From Candidatus Methylomirabilota bacterium (GTDB taxonomy: Bacteria > Methylomirabilota > Methylomirabilia > Rokubacteriales > CSP1-6): 64,000 bases of DNA. The stretch is from contig JBKPCB010000027.1 in the NCBI GenBank assembly GCA_046727155.1, forward strand, positions 2,626-66,625, read 5' to 3'. Within the stretch, counting starts at the first letter, position 1. Every line of letters starts with the position of its first letter. Positions 47,878-55,915 of this stretch are shown here, piece after piece. A program made the position numbers and the translations under genes. Below the pieces are notes generated by a model. The model did not search any database. It was given only the letters and a program-made list of their open reading frames with translations, and had not been told where the DNA came from.

Positions 47878-49320
47878 TCAGGTGCAGTAGGCGACCACCG
47901 GGCGCGTGGTGTCCAACTCGAGGCCGGCCTTGCCGCTCTCGAGCTCTTCGGGGGCCAGCCGCACCGAGCCGGGGATCTTGATCGGCATGGCCTCATAGGA
48001 CTCGGCCTTGCGCGTGTCGAGAATCACCGGTTGCTTGCCCGCTTCGATCAGCCGCACCACGTCCGAGGGGTCCACTCGATAGCGATTCCTCTGCCAGCGG
48101 AGGAAGAACTGGGCGCCGTAGCCGCCAGCGCTCAGGAACGTCACGCCTATCGCCACCCAGAACCACGGGAAGGGCCGCGGCGGCGGGTTCTTCACCAAGT
48201 CGCGCGCCTGGGTCAGCATGCGCTTGACGTCGGGCTGGTTGGGCAGGAGCTTGTCCGTCTCTTCGAACCGCCGAACGGCCCCCTTCCAGTCCTCGCTGAA
48301 GAAGGCGCGCAGCCCCAGATACCACGCCTCGTTGAACTTGCTCGTGGCGGCGAGATTGACGGGGGTACCCGCGATAAAATCCTTCACGGCCTGAGACGGG
48401 ATGAGGAAATTGAAGCCCTGGACGATGCTGCCCTCCGGGCCAGGGGCGAGTGAGACGAAGGTGAGCACGCCCACCACCGTGCCCTTCTCGTCCACCGCCG
48501 GCCCGCCGGAATTGCCCCAGGCGGCCGGCGCGTCGGTTTGGATCACCGGGTTATTGTTCTTGTCCCGCTGAATCCCGGAGACGGCGCCATTGGTCACTGA
48601 GGCTTCCACCATCGCCGACTTGTTCAACAGCTCGTGGGAGAGCACAACGCCCGGGAACCCAATGATGTGGATGGGATCGCCGATCTGCACCGTCCGGGAG
48701 TCGGCCAGCGGGAGCGCGGGGAAGTGCTCGACGGGCACCTTGAGCAGCGCAAGGTCGCGCCCGGACATCTCCCCGCTGCCCTCCGTCGCCACCGGGGGGC
48801 TGTACTTCTTGACCTCGGCCTTGAGCCGGCCCCGGCTGGTGACGACGAAGACGCCGGGCTGCAGCGTAACCTTGACCGAGGGCAGCACCTGGTCGAGCAG
48901 CTTGCGCTTCGCGGCCTCCTCGAGGTTGGGATTGTCGCCCGACTGCAGGCCCATGCCCTTGAGCACGCGGGGTAGACAGGCCGTAGTTACGGCGCGCTGA
49001 GCCTGCTGATTGACCAGCCACCGGGGCGTCTCATGCGCCGGCTGCACCACGTGGCCATTCGTGATCAGCCACCCGTCCGGATCGATGAACCAGCCGGTGC
49101 CGGTCTCGCGGAAGGCAGGCGGCGTGACCTTGGTGGGCCCGTTCCCGCAGTCAAGCGTGACCTCGGCGGCGACCTCGGCCACCACCAGCACCACGGCCGG
49201 CTGCGCGCGCAGGAGGGCCTCCTGCACGGTGAGCGTCCGCTGGGCGCCGGCCGACGCCGGCAGCGCCGCAATCAGCACGAGGAGAGCGCCCGTCACGCGG
49301 CGGCAGAAAGGCAGTATCAT
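47878..49320 (-). CDS. Membrane-anchored trypsin-like serine protease (S1C) with a C-terminal rhodanese-like domain; an in-frame TGA at 47875-47877 precedes 59 more in-frame rhodanese codons (to 47698)
   Basis: A signal peptide (MILPFCRRVTGALLVLIAALPASA) is followed by a protease domain (TNGHVV, DLALLKV, GNSGGP catalytic triad). A transmembrane helix (FPWFWVAIGVTFLSAGGY) and a rhodanese domain (...RPVVAYCT-TGA-PDEATSARMARDLRKLGFKEVLILKGGLGAW) complete the protein. The first 150 aa of ORF 47878..49764 is antisense read-through of the cNMP-binding gene and is excluded. Confidence 0.7.
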   Translation of the reverse strand: MILPFCRRVTGALLVLIAALPASAGAQRTLTVQEALLRAQPAVVLVVAEVAAEVTLDCGNGPTKVTPPAFRETGTGWFIDPDGWLITNGHVVQPAHETPRWLVNQQAQRAVTTACLPRVLKGMGLQSGDNPNLEEAAKRKLLDQVLPSVKVTLQPGVFVVTSRGRLKAEVKKYSPPVATEGSGEMSGRDLALLKVPVEHFPALPLADSRTVQIGDPIHIIGFPGVVLSHELLNKSAMVEASVTNGAVSGIQRDKNNNPVIQTDAPAAWGNSGGPAVDEKGTVVGVLTFVSLAPGPEGSIVQGFNFLIPSQAVKDFIAGTPVNLAATSKFNEAWYLGLRAFFSEDWKGAVRRFEETDKLLPNQPDVKRMLTQARDLVKNPPPRPFPWFWVAIGVTFLSAGGYGAQFFLRWQRNRYRVDPSDVVRLIEAGKQPVILDTRKAESYEAMPIKIPGSVRLAPEELESGKAGLELDTTRPVVAYCT

Positions 49321-49360
49321 AGGGCCACTGCTGGTCATTCTATACCAAAAAGGAAAGCGC

Positions 49361-49795
49361 ATGAGCCGCCAGATCGGGGAAGTGCCGACGCGAGCGTTCA
49401 ACCCGGGGGACATCATCTTTCGCGAGGGCGACGATCCCAAGGGCGAGGCCTTCCTGGTCCACATCGGCAAGGTCGAGGTTCGCAAGGTGATTGGTGGCGA
49501 GGAGCGCCTGTTGCGGACGCTGGGCAAGGGCGAGCTGCTGGGTGAGCTCGGGCTGTTCCGCAGCGCGCCGCGCTCGGCCACGGCCGTGGCCGCCGAGCCC
49601 GTCACACTCATGGTCATCCCGGCCAACCGGCTCGACCACATGGTGCGCAGCAACCCGGCCCTGGCGGTGGCCATCATCAAAGACCTGGCAAGCCGGATGC
49701 TGGCGGCCGAGGAGCGGGCGCGCGAGGCCGAGGACCGGGCGAACGCGCTGCGAGAGAAACTCAAGGAGCGCGGAATCAGTCCAGACGCGGCGTGA
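49361..49795 (+). CDS. Cyclic-nucleotide-binding domain protein (stand-alone cNMP-binding, Crp-like beta-barrel)
   Basis: GDIIFREGD...GELGLF...RSATAVA is the cNMP-binding signature. The protein is 144 aa with a C-terminal helix. Confidence 0.7.
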   Translation: MSRQIGEVPTRAFNPGDIIFREGDDPKGEAFLVHIGKVEVRKVIGGEERLLRTLGKGELLGELGLFRSAPRSATAVAAEPVTLMVIPANRLDHMVRSNPALAVAIIKDLASRMLAAEERAREAEDRANALREKLKERGISPDAA

Positions 49796-51010
49796 TCAGC
49801 GCGGCAGGCCGAAGGTCTCGGCGGCGAGGCCGGCGATGTGGCGGCCGATGGCCAGCGAGGCCGTCGCCGCCGGCGAGGGCGCGTTGACGACGTGGATCGC
49901 GCCCTTGGCCACGCTGATGCGGAAGTCGTCCACCAGCGAGCCGTCGGGACTCACCGCCTGGGCCCGCACGCCCGCCCCGCCACGCTCGATGTCGCGCGTC
50001 TCGATCTCGGGCACGAGTTTCTGGAGCGATCGCACGAAGGCCGCCTTGCTCGCCGACCGGTAGAGCTCGTAGCTGCCCATCTTCCAGTACCGCCGCGCCA
50101 TGTGCCAGAAGCCGCGGTAGGTCAGCGTCCCCAGCAATTCGCGAGGCCGGATGGTGCCGAGGCGATAGCCCTCGCGCGCGAAGGCCAGCACGGCGTTCGG
50201 ACCCGCCTCGACGTCGCCGTGAATGGTGCGCGTGAAGTGCACTCCCAGGAACGGAAACTCCGGATCCGGCACCGGGTAGATGAGATTGCGGACGAGGGAG
50301 CGCCGCTCGGCGCGCAGCATATAGTACTCGCCCCGGAAGGGCACGATGCGCACGTCAGGGCGCACGCCCATGAGCCGGGCGACACGGTCCGACTGCAGTC
50401 CCGCGCAGTTGATCACGTGACGCGCCGCCACCGGGCCGCGCCGGGTGACGAGCGTGAGGCCGTCCGGGCCTCGCCGGACGGCCGTGACGCGCGCGCCGGT
50501 CAGGATCTGCGCGCCGCGCTCCTGGATCACCGCCCCCATCGTCTCGGCCACCTGCACGTAGTCCACGATGCCCGTCTCGGCAACGAGGATGGCGCGCACC
50601 GCCCGGCAGTGCGGCTCGTAGTCGCGGACCTCGGCGCCTGAGAGCAGCTTGAGCCCAACCAAGCCGTTCTGCTGGCCGCGCTCATGGATGCCCGCGAGCC
50701 GCGGCAGCTCGCCCTCGTCGGTGGCGACGATGAGCTTGCCGCAGCCCTCCCAGGCGATGCCCCGCGCGTCGCAGAACTGCTTCATCTGGCGGGCGCCTTC
50801 GACGCAGAGCCGGGCCTTGAGCGAGCCGGGCTTGTAGTAGATGCCGGAGTGGATGACGCCGCTGTTGTGGCCGGTCTGATGGGCGGCCAGCCGCGCCTCC
50901 TTGTCGAGGACGACGAGCCGGGCGCGCGGGTGCGCGTCGCTCAGCGCCATGGCGGTGGCGAGGCCGAGGATGCCGCCGCCGATGATCGCGACGTCAGCCG
51001 AGGGTGGCAC
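49796..51010 (-). CDS. lhgO: L-2-hydroxyglutarate oxidase
   Basis: DVAIIGGGILGLATAMAL is an FAD Rossmann motif, and the LhgO-type DAO-family fold has conserved GVIHSGIYYKPGSLKA. Confidence 0.8.
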   Translation of the reverse strand: MPPSADVAIIGGGILGLATAMALSDAHPRARLVVLDKEARLAAHQTGHNSGVIHSGIYYKPGSLKARLCVEGARQMKQFCDARGIAWEGCGKLIVATDEGELPRLAGIHERGQQNGLVGLKLLSGAEVRDYEPHCRAVRAILVAETGIVDYVQVAETMGAVIQERGAQILTGARVTAVRRGPDGLTLVTRRGPVAARHVINCAGLQSDRVARLMGVRPDVRIVPFRGEYYMLRAERRSLVRNLIYPVPDPEFPFLGVHFTRTIHGDVEAGPNAVLAFAREGYRLGTIRPRELLGTLTYRGFWHMARRYWKMGSYELYRSASKAAFVRSLQKLVPEIETRDIERGGAGVRAQAVSPDGSLVDDFRISVAKGAIHVVNAPSPAATASLAIGRHIAGLAAETFGLPR

Positions 51011-51055
51011 GGCGAGGAGGATACCACGGGGCGGCGCGCGTGCGCCGCGCCCCGG

Positions 51056-51817
51056 CTAGTCGAGGATCAGGGTGATGGGGCAGTGGTCGGATCCCTGGAT
51101 CTGCGGCAGAATGCCAGCCGCGCTCACTCGGTGTTTGAGCTCGTCGGAGACGAAGAAATAGTCGATCCGCCATCCGATGTTCCGCGCGCGGGCGCCGCTC
51201 TTGAGATCCCACCACGTATAGTGCCCGGGCTCCTTCGTGAAGAGGCGGAAGGTGTCGTGGTAGCCGTGGGCGATGAACTTCGACACCCATTCGCGCTCCA
51301 CGGCCAGGAAGCCCGGGCTCTTCTCGTTCTGCTTCGGCCGGGCGAGATCGATCTCCGTATGCGCGGTATTGACGTCACCGCAGACGATCACGCCCTTGCC
51401 GGCCTGCCGCAGCCGCTCGGCGAGCGCGAGGAAATCGTCGTAGAAGGCCAGCTTGTGGGTGAGCCGCTCCGGCCCCATCCCGCTATTGGGGAAGTACACA
51501 TTGAAGAGATGGAAATCCGGGAACTCGGTATGGACCATGCGTCCTTCGGCGTCGAGCGCTGGCGTACCGCCCGTCGCGCGGGCGGCCAGGGGCTCGGCGC
51601 GGGTGAACGTGACCACGCCGCTGTAGCCCTTTCGCTCGGCGAAGCTCCAGTACGGATGGTAGTCCGGCAGCGCCTTCATCTCGTCGGTGAGCTGCTCGGC
51701 CTGGATCTTGGTTTCCTGGATGCAGAGCACGTCGGGCCGCTCGGCCGCCACGAAGTCGATCAGGCCTTTCTTCCATGCGGCGCGAAGGCCGTTGACGTTC
51801 CAGGAGACGAGCTTCAT
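51056..51817 (-). CDS. xth: Exodeoxyribonuclease III
   Basis: MKLVSWNVNGLRA...CIQETK...GDVNTAH...SDHCP gives the complete AP-endonuclease motif set. Confidence 0.85.
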   Translation of the reverse strand: MKLVSWNVNGLRAAWKKGLIDFVAAERPDVLCIQETKIQAEQLTDEMKALPDYHPYWSFAERKGYSGVVTFTRAEPLAARATGGTPALDAEGRMVHTEFPDFHLFNVYFPNSGMGPERLTHKLAFYDDFLALAERLRQAGKGVIVCGDVNTAHTEIDLARPKQNEKSPGFLAVEREWVSKFIAHGYHDTFRLFTKEPGHYTWWDLKSGARARNIGWRIDYFFVSDELKHRVSAAGILPQIQGSDHCPITLILD

Positions 51818-51952
51818 CGCGGTTACTGTACCGCGGCCGGCCGGGCCGCCGCCACCCTTGGCCCGCGATCCGCGGGACCCGGCGCTAGCGCGGGTGGAGA
51901 CACGAAGGCCCGGCCAAACGACGGCCGGGCCTCCCTAACTCTCTGACGAACG

Positions 51953-52861
51953 CTACGGCTGCTGGATCGCGCTGAGCTTCCAGGTGTTCGGGCCCACGGG
52001 GCGCACGAAGGTCCAGTACTCTTCGAACTTCACCGGCTCGGTACGGCTGCCCTCGAGCACCCGCGCCCCGCTCTCATCGGTGGTGTAGTCGAGGAGACTG
52101 GCCAGCAGGCGCACGGTGACATAGTCCTGCCCGCGCTCCTGCCAGGCCTCGGTGACCTCGGCCGAGCGCACCGCGATGTTCTCCAGCCGGTTGATCTTGC
52201 CCTCGGCGCGCAGCCGGTCGCAGTCGCGCTGAAGGATTCCCCGCATCTCGTCGGCGAGGAGCTGGGTCGCCCCACCCATGTCACGCGCCATCCAGGCCGC
52301 CTGGATTTTGAAGAAGATGTCCTCGACCGCCTCGGTGAAGCGTCTGGGATCGAATCCCGGGTCCATCTGACGGATGAAGCCCAGGCCCTGCGCGAGGTCG
52401 GTCGCGCCGGCCGGTGATTCTACGGCCGCGGTAGCAGACGAGGCGGCGCCGGGCTGCCAGTCGGGGGAGGCATAGCCCGCGGGAGCCGCGGTTCGCTGTC
52501 GGCGCATATAGGATATGGCAAACCAGGTGAGGCCGCCGATGACGAGCAATTCGATCAGGCCGACGCCGCCGAAGAGCCCGCCGCCCAGGCCCCCGAAGAG
52601 CAGGCTACCGATGAGCCCGCCAACCAGCAGACCGCCCAGCATGCCGCCCCAACTAGGCCGCGGGGAGGCGGGCTGCTGCGCGGAGGAAGGCTGAGAGGTC
52701 ACTCGGCTGGGAGAGGTGGAGGAACTGGGCGGTGAGGAGCTGCGCGAGCCTCGGCTCCCGCCCGAGCTGCCTCCACCGGCGCGGGCCCAGGCCTCTGCCG
52801 TCCAGAGCAGCGGGGCGAGCACCATCACGATCAGCGCCGTCAGCGCCACGGTCCGTTTCAT
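51953..52861 (-). CDS. Tim44-like domain protein with an N-terminal signal/transmembrane segment and a Ser/Gly-rich linker
   Basis: A C-terminal Tim44-like (NTF2-like) domain (GFIRQMDPGFD...FEEYWTFVR) follows a low-complexity S/P/G-rich segment and a Gly-zipper-like transmembrane helix. Confidence 0.6.
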   Translation of the reverse strand: MKRTVALTALIVMVLAPLLWTAEAWARAGGGSSGGSRGSRSSSPPSSSTSPSRVTSQPSSAQQPASPRPSWGGMLGGLLVGGLIGSLLFGGLGGGLFGGVGLIELLVIGGLTWFAISYMRRQRTAAPAGYASPDWQPGAASSATAAVESPAGATDLAQGLGFIRQMDPGFDPRRFTEAVEDIFFKIQAAWMARDMGGATQLLADEMRGILQRDCDRLRAEGKINRLENIAVRSAEVTEAWQERGQDYVTVRLLASLLDYTTDESGARVLEGSRTEPVKFEEYWTFVRPVGPNTWKLSAIQQP

Positions 52862-52912
52862 CCGGCTGCCTCCTTTGGGCCCCGCCAAGGCGGCGCCGGC
52901 CACATCATACGC

Positions 52913-53245
52913 CTACTTGCCCTGCTCCATCTCTGCCCCGTGCTTCATCATGACGTCGCCCATGGCCTTCATCATCTCGCCGCGCATCTTGAGCATGCGC
53001 CCCATGGTCTTCGGGTCTTGCCCGCCCATCATCATGCCCATCATGCCGGGCCCCATCATGCCTCCACCCTGCATCCCGCCCATCATGCCCATCATGGGGC
53101 ACATCATGCCGCCTGATTCCGGATGATGTTCCTGCCCCGCGGGGGGCTGACCCTGGGGCGGCGTCATGGGCTTCGTTTGCGCCGAGGCGGACGAGGCGAT
53201 CAGAAGCACGGCAAGAACAGCGAGAAGCATTGCGGTCTTTCGCAT
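52913..53245 (-). CDS. Met/Gly-rich small periplasmic protein (putative Cu(I)/soft-metal binding)
   Basis: A signal peptide (MRKTAMLLAVLAVLLIASSASAQT) is followed by dense MxM/MMG motifs (GGMMCPMMGMMGGMQGGGMMGPGMMGMMMGG) and a helical C-terminus. Confidence 0.55.
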   Translation of the reverse strand: MRKTAMLLAVLAVLLIASSASAQTKPMTPPQGQPPAGQEHHPESGGMMCPMMGMMGGMQGGGMMGPGMMGMMMGGQDPKTMGRMLKMRGEMMKAMGDVMMKHGAEMEQGK

Positions 53246-53378
53246 GGCGGTCATTCCTCCCGGACCGCATTATCGCTCAATCGCATCGCTTCCGGGCCCC
53301 TTCTCGGAACTTTCCTCCGCCCATCCGGTCTAAGACCGCAAATGCCCGGCGGTAGCGCCGGCTCAGGGAGGAAGAGCG

Positions 53379-54416
53379 ATGAATACTCGACGGCGAGACT
53401 TCTTGCGGGTTTGTGGTCTGGCGGTGGCGGGTGCGGTGGCAAGCCCGGCGGTGGCCGGCGCCACGCGGGTGAGGATTCTCGAGGAAGCGAGCGAAAGCGA
53501 CCGGCCTATCCTCAGCGGCCAGGTCAGCCCCGACTTCCAGCGGTTCATCGCCGGGATCCGGGTGGGACCGGCAACGGCGCATGGGGCGCTGATGGTCTTC
53601 TGGCTGCAGGCCAAGGAGGCGCCGGCCGCCCTCGAGGTGTCCCCGCTGGACGAGGCACGGGCCAAGGGCGTCCTGGTCATTACCGAGCGGGACCAGGCGA
53701 CGGTGCCCGAGCTCCTTGTGGACAATCGCGGGAAGTCCGCGGTGCTGATGCTGGCGGGCGAGATCCTGATCGGCGGCAAGCAGAACCGCGTCCTCAAGGA
53801 AGACATCCTGCTGCCGCCGCTGAGCGGCCCGCGGAATATCTTCGTCTACTGCGTCGAGCGCGGCCGCTGGAACGAGGGCCGAAAGGAGTTCGAGAGCAAG
53901 TCTTCCTTCGCCCAGCCCGGCGTGCGCGCCCATCTGATGCGGAAGGCGCCGCAGAGCGAAGTCTGGTCGGCCGTCGGCCAGGCGGCGCGCGCCGCCGACG
54001 CCGCGTCGCCCACCGAGAGCTACCAGCAGATTTACGAAAAGGCCGAGGTCAAAACCCACTTGGTTGATGTCGAGCGCCGGCTCGGCCCTCCCTCCGGGGC
54101 CTATGGCGCGGCCGTGTTCACTGTCAATGGCCTGAGCGGGATCGACCTCTTCCATTCCCCGGCGCTTTTCGCGCGCGAATGGCCGAAGCTCTTGCGCGCC
54201 CATGCCGTCGAAGCCTTCCGCCAAGCGCCACCCTCGGCCTGGGCCGAGGCGACGCTGCGCGCGCGGGCGGAAGATCTGTTGGGAAAGGCTGCCAGGACGG
54301 AGGGCACACTTCGCGGCAATGCTGGAGTCGGTCAGCTCTTCGAGTTCCGTCTCGACCGGGCGCAGGGCGCGGCGCTCACCTTCGAGGGCCGCGCGCTGCA
54401 CACGGCCATCCTCTAG
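53379..54416 (+). CDS. Tat-exported hypothetical protein
   Basis: MNTRRRDFLRVCGLAVAGAVASPAVAGA is a twin-arginine signal. The protein is 345 aa and I recognise no family. Confidence 0.55.
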   Translation: MNTRRRDFLRVCGLAVAGAVASPAVAGATRVRILEEASESDRPILSGQVSPDFQRFIAGIRVGPATAHGALMVFWLQAKEAPAALEVSPLDEARAKGVLVITERDQATVPELLVDNRGKSAVLMLAGEILIGGKQNRVLKEDILLPPLSGPRNIFVYCVERGRWNEGRKEFESKSSFAQPGVRAHLMRKAPQSEVWSAVGQAARAADAASPTESYQQIYEKAEVKTHLVDVERRLGPPSGAYGAAVFTVNGLSGIDLFHSPALFAREWPKLLRAHAVEAFRQAPPSAWAEATLRARAEDLLGKAARTEGTLRGNAGVGQLFEFRLDRAQGAALTFEGRALHTAIL

Positions 54417-54525
54417 GCGGCCTGGAGGGATTGAGCGGGCGCGCTTGACGGCCGGGGGGCGGGGCGTATCATCGTGCGGGCGCCGGCTGGGCGCCGTCCC
54501 GTCTGCCCACCAAGGAGGCCACGCC

Positions 54526-54939
54526 ATGGCTGACACCGTGCAACTGGTTGACTACTTCTACATGATGACGCCGAACAAGCCGGGCGAGGGCGCGCGCCTG
54601 CTCGGCGCGCTGCGGGAGTCCGGCATCAACCTGCTGGCCTTCTCGGGCTTTCCCGAGGGACGCGGCTCGCAGCTCGACTTCGTTCCCGCCGACCCGGCGG
54701 CCTTCCGGGAGTTCGCGAAAAGCCACAAATGGAAGGTCAAGGGGCCCAAGCGCGCTTTCCTCGTGGGGGGCGAAGACCGCGTGGGCGTGGTGGCGGAAAT
54801 CTTGCGCCGGCTGGCCGAGGTCCGGGTCAATGTGACGGCGATCGACGCCGTCTGCGCCGGCGCGGGCCGCTACGGCGCCATCCTCTGGGTGGCGTCGCGC
54901 GACGTGACCAAGACGGCGCGGCTGCTGGGCGCCGCCTGA
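54526..54939 (+). CDS. Hypothetical protein (ACT-like small domain)
   Basis: A strong RBS AAGGAGG precedes the start. The 137-aa protein has no confident family assignment. Confidence 0.5.
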   Translation: MADTVQLVDYFYMMTPNKPGEGARLLGALRESGINLLAFSGFPEGRGSQLDFVPADPAAFREFAKSHKWKVKGPKRAFLVGGEDRVGVVAEILRRLAEVRVNVTAIDAVCAGAGRYGAILWVASRDVTKTARLLGAA

Positions 54940-54945
54940 GGGCGA

Positions 54946-55416
54946 ATGCTCCGCCGGCTCTCCTCGCGCCTGACGATCTGGTTCAAGTTCATCTTTCCAA
55001 TGATCTGGATCACGGCGTTCGGCCTGATCACGGCGGTGATGTTCTTCGTCGACGCCACGGCCGGGCCCCGCGGGAAGCCGCCGCCCGAGCTCAAGTGGAT
55101 CATGCTGGCGGTGTGGATCGGCGCTTCGACGCTGATCTGGTGGACAGGCTGCCGGCTCAAGCAGGTGTGGGTGGACGGCGCGATGCTCCGCGTGTCGAAC
55201 TATCTGCGCGAGGAGCGGGTCCCGCTGGCGTCAATCACCGCCGTGAAGGAAAACCGCTGGGTCAATATCCGCCCGATCACGGTCGACTTCCGCATCCCCA
55301 CGGAATTCGGCCAGCGCATCGTCTTCATGCCGAGGGTGCGTTGGTTCCTCTTCTGGCGGCCGCATCCCATCGCCGCCGAGCTGCGCGCCCTCGTCGCCGA
55401 GGCGCAGCGGCGATGA
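54946..55416 (+). CDS. Hypothetical membrane protein
   Basis: It has 3 predicted transmembrane helices and starts 7 nt after the previous stop. Confidence 0.5.
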   Translation: MLRRLSSRLTIWFKFIFPMIWITAFGLITAVMFFVDATAGPRGKPPPELKWIMLAVWIGASTLIWWTGCRLKQVWVDGAMLRVSNYLREERVPLASITAVKENRWVNIRPITVDFRIPTEFGQRIVFMPRVRWFLFWRPHPIAAELRALVAEAQRR

Positions 55417-55425
55417 AGCCCGCGT

Positions 55426-55752
55426 CTAGCCGCGGCGATCAGGTACCAGGTCGATCCAGACGCGGGTGCCCCAGGCGGCCCGCACGTTGACCTGCAGCGC
55501 CTTTGGGATATACCCTGGCGCGCTGAACTGGAGCACATGCGACCCCGGCCGGACATAGAGCGGCCGGGCGGTGAGATCATTCGCGGTACCCACCGGGACT
55601 CCGTCGAGAAGCACATCAGCCTGCAGCGGCCGCGCTTCGACGATGAGGCTGCCGGCCGTTCCCTGCTCCGAGCCGTAGACAATCCCATCGCTGGATGCGC
55701 CTACCGACATGGCCGCCGCCAAGATGAGCCCGAGTATCGCCGCCTTGTTCAT
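55426..55752 (-). CDS. PEGA-domain-like small secreted protein
   Basis: A signal peptide is followed by a beta-rich domain with LLDGVPVG...P.G.H.L..SAPGY, reminiscent of PEGA. Confidence 0.45.
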   Translation of the reverse strand: MNKAAILGLILAAAMSVGASSDGIVYGSEQGTAGSLIVEARPLQADVLLDGVPVGTANDLTARPLYVRPGSHVLQFSAPGYIPKALQVNVRAAWGTRVWIDLVPDRRG

Positions 55753-55892
55753 AACTCCTCCTGTCGCGGGTTCCCCAGCCCGGCGTAGGCGCCGGGATCT
55801 GGTCCAGCCAGTATATATCGGTCAGCCCGTTGACCGTGAGGTCCGCGGCAGGCCCCGAGAGGCGACCTTCGGGGCCGTTTGCCGCTCCCGGG

Positions 55893-55898
55893 CCTTTC
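55893..55898 (+). promoter_or_regulatory. Perfect TATAAT -10 hexamer 18 nt upstream of the prsW-like GTG start (leaderless-type promoter candidate)
   Basis: The hexamer was read directly. No good -35 element is present. Confidence 0.3.
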
Positions 55899-55915
55899 TC
55901 CTATAATCTCCCGCA

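Noticed and set aside
49321-49764. The N-terminal 150 aa of ORF 47878..49764, an extension of the protease gene.
   Set aside because: It is antisense to the well-supported cNMP-binding gene and has low complexity. The real start, with a signal peptide (MILPFCRRVTGALLVLIAALPASA), is at 49320.
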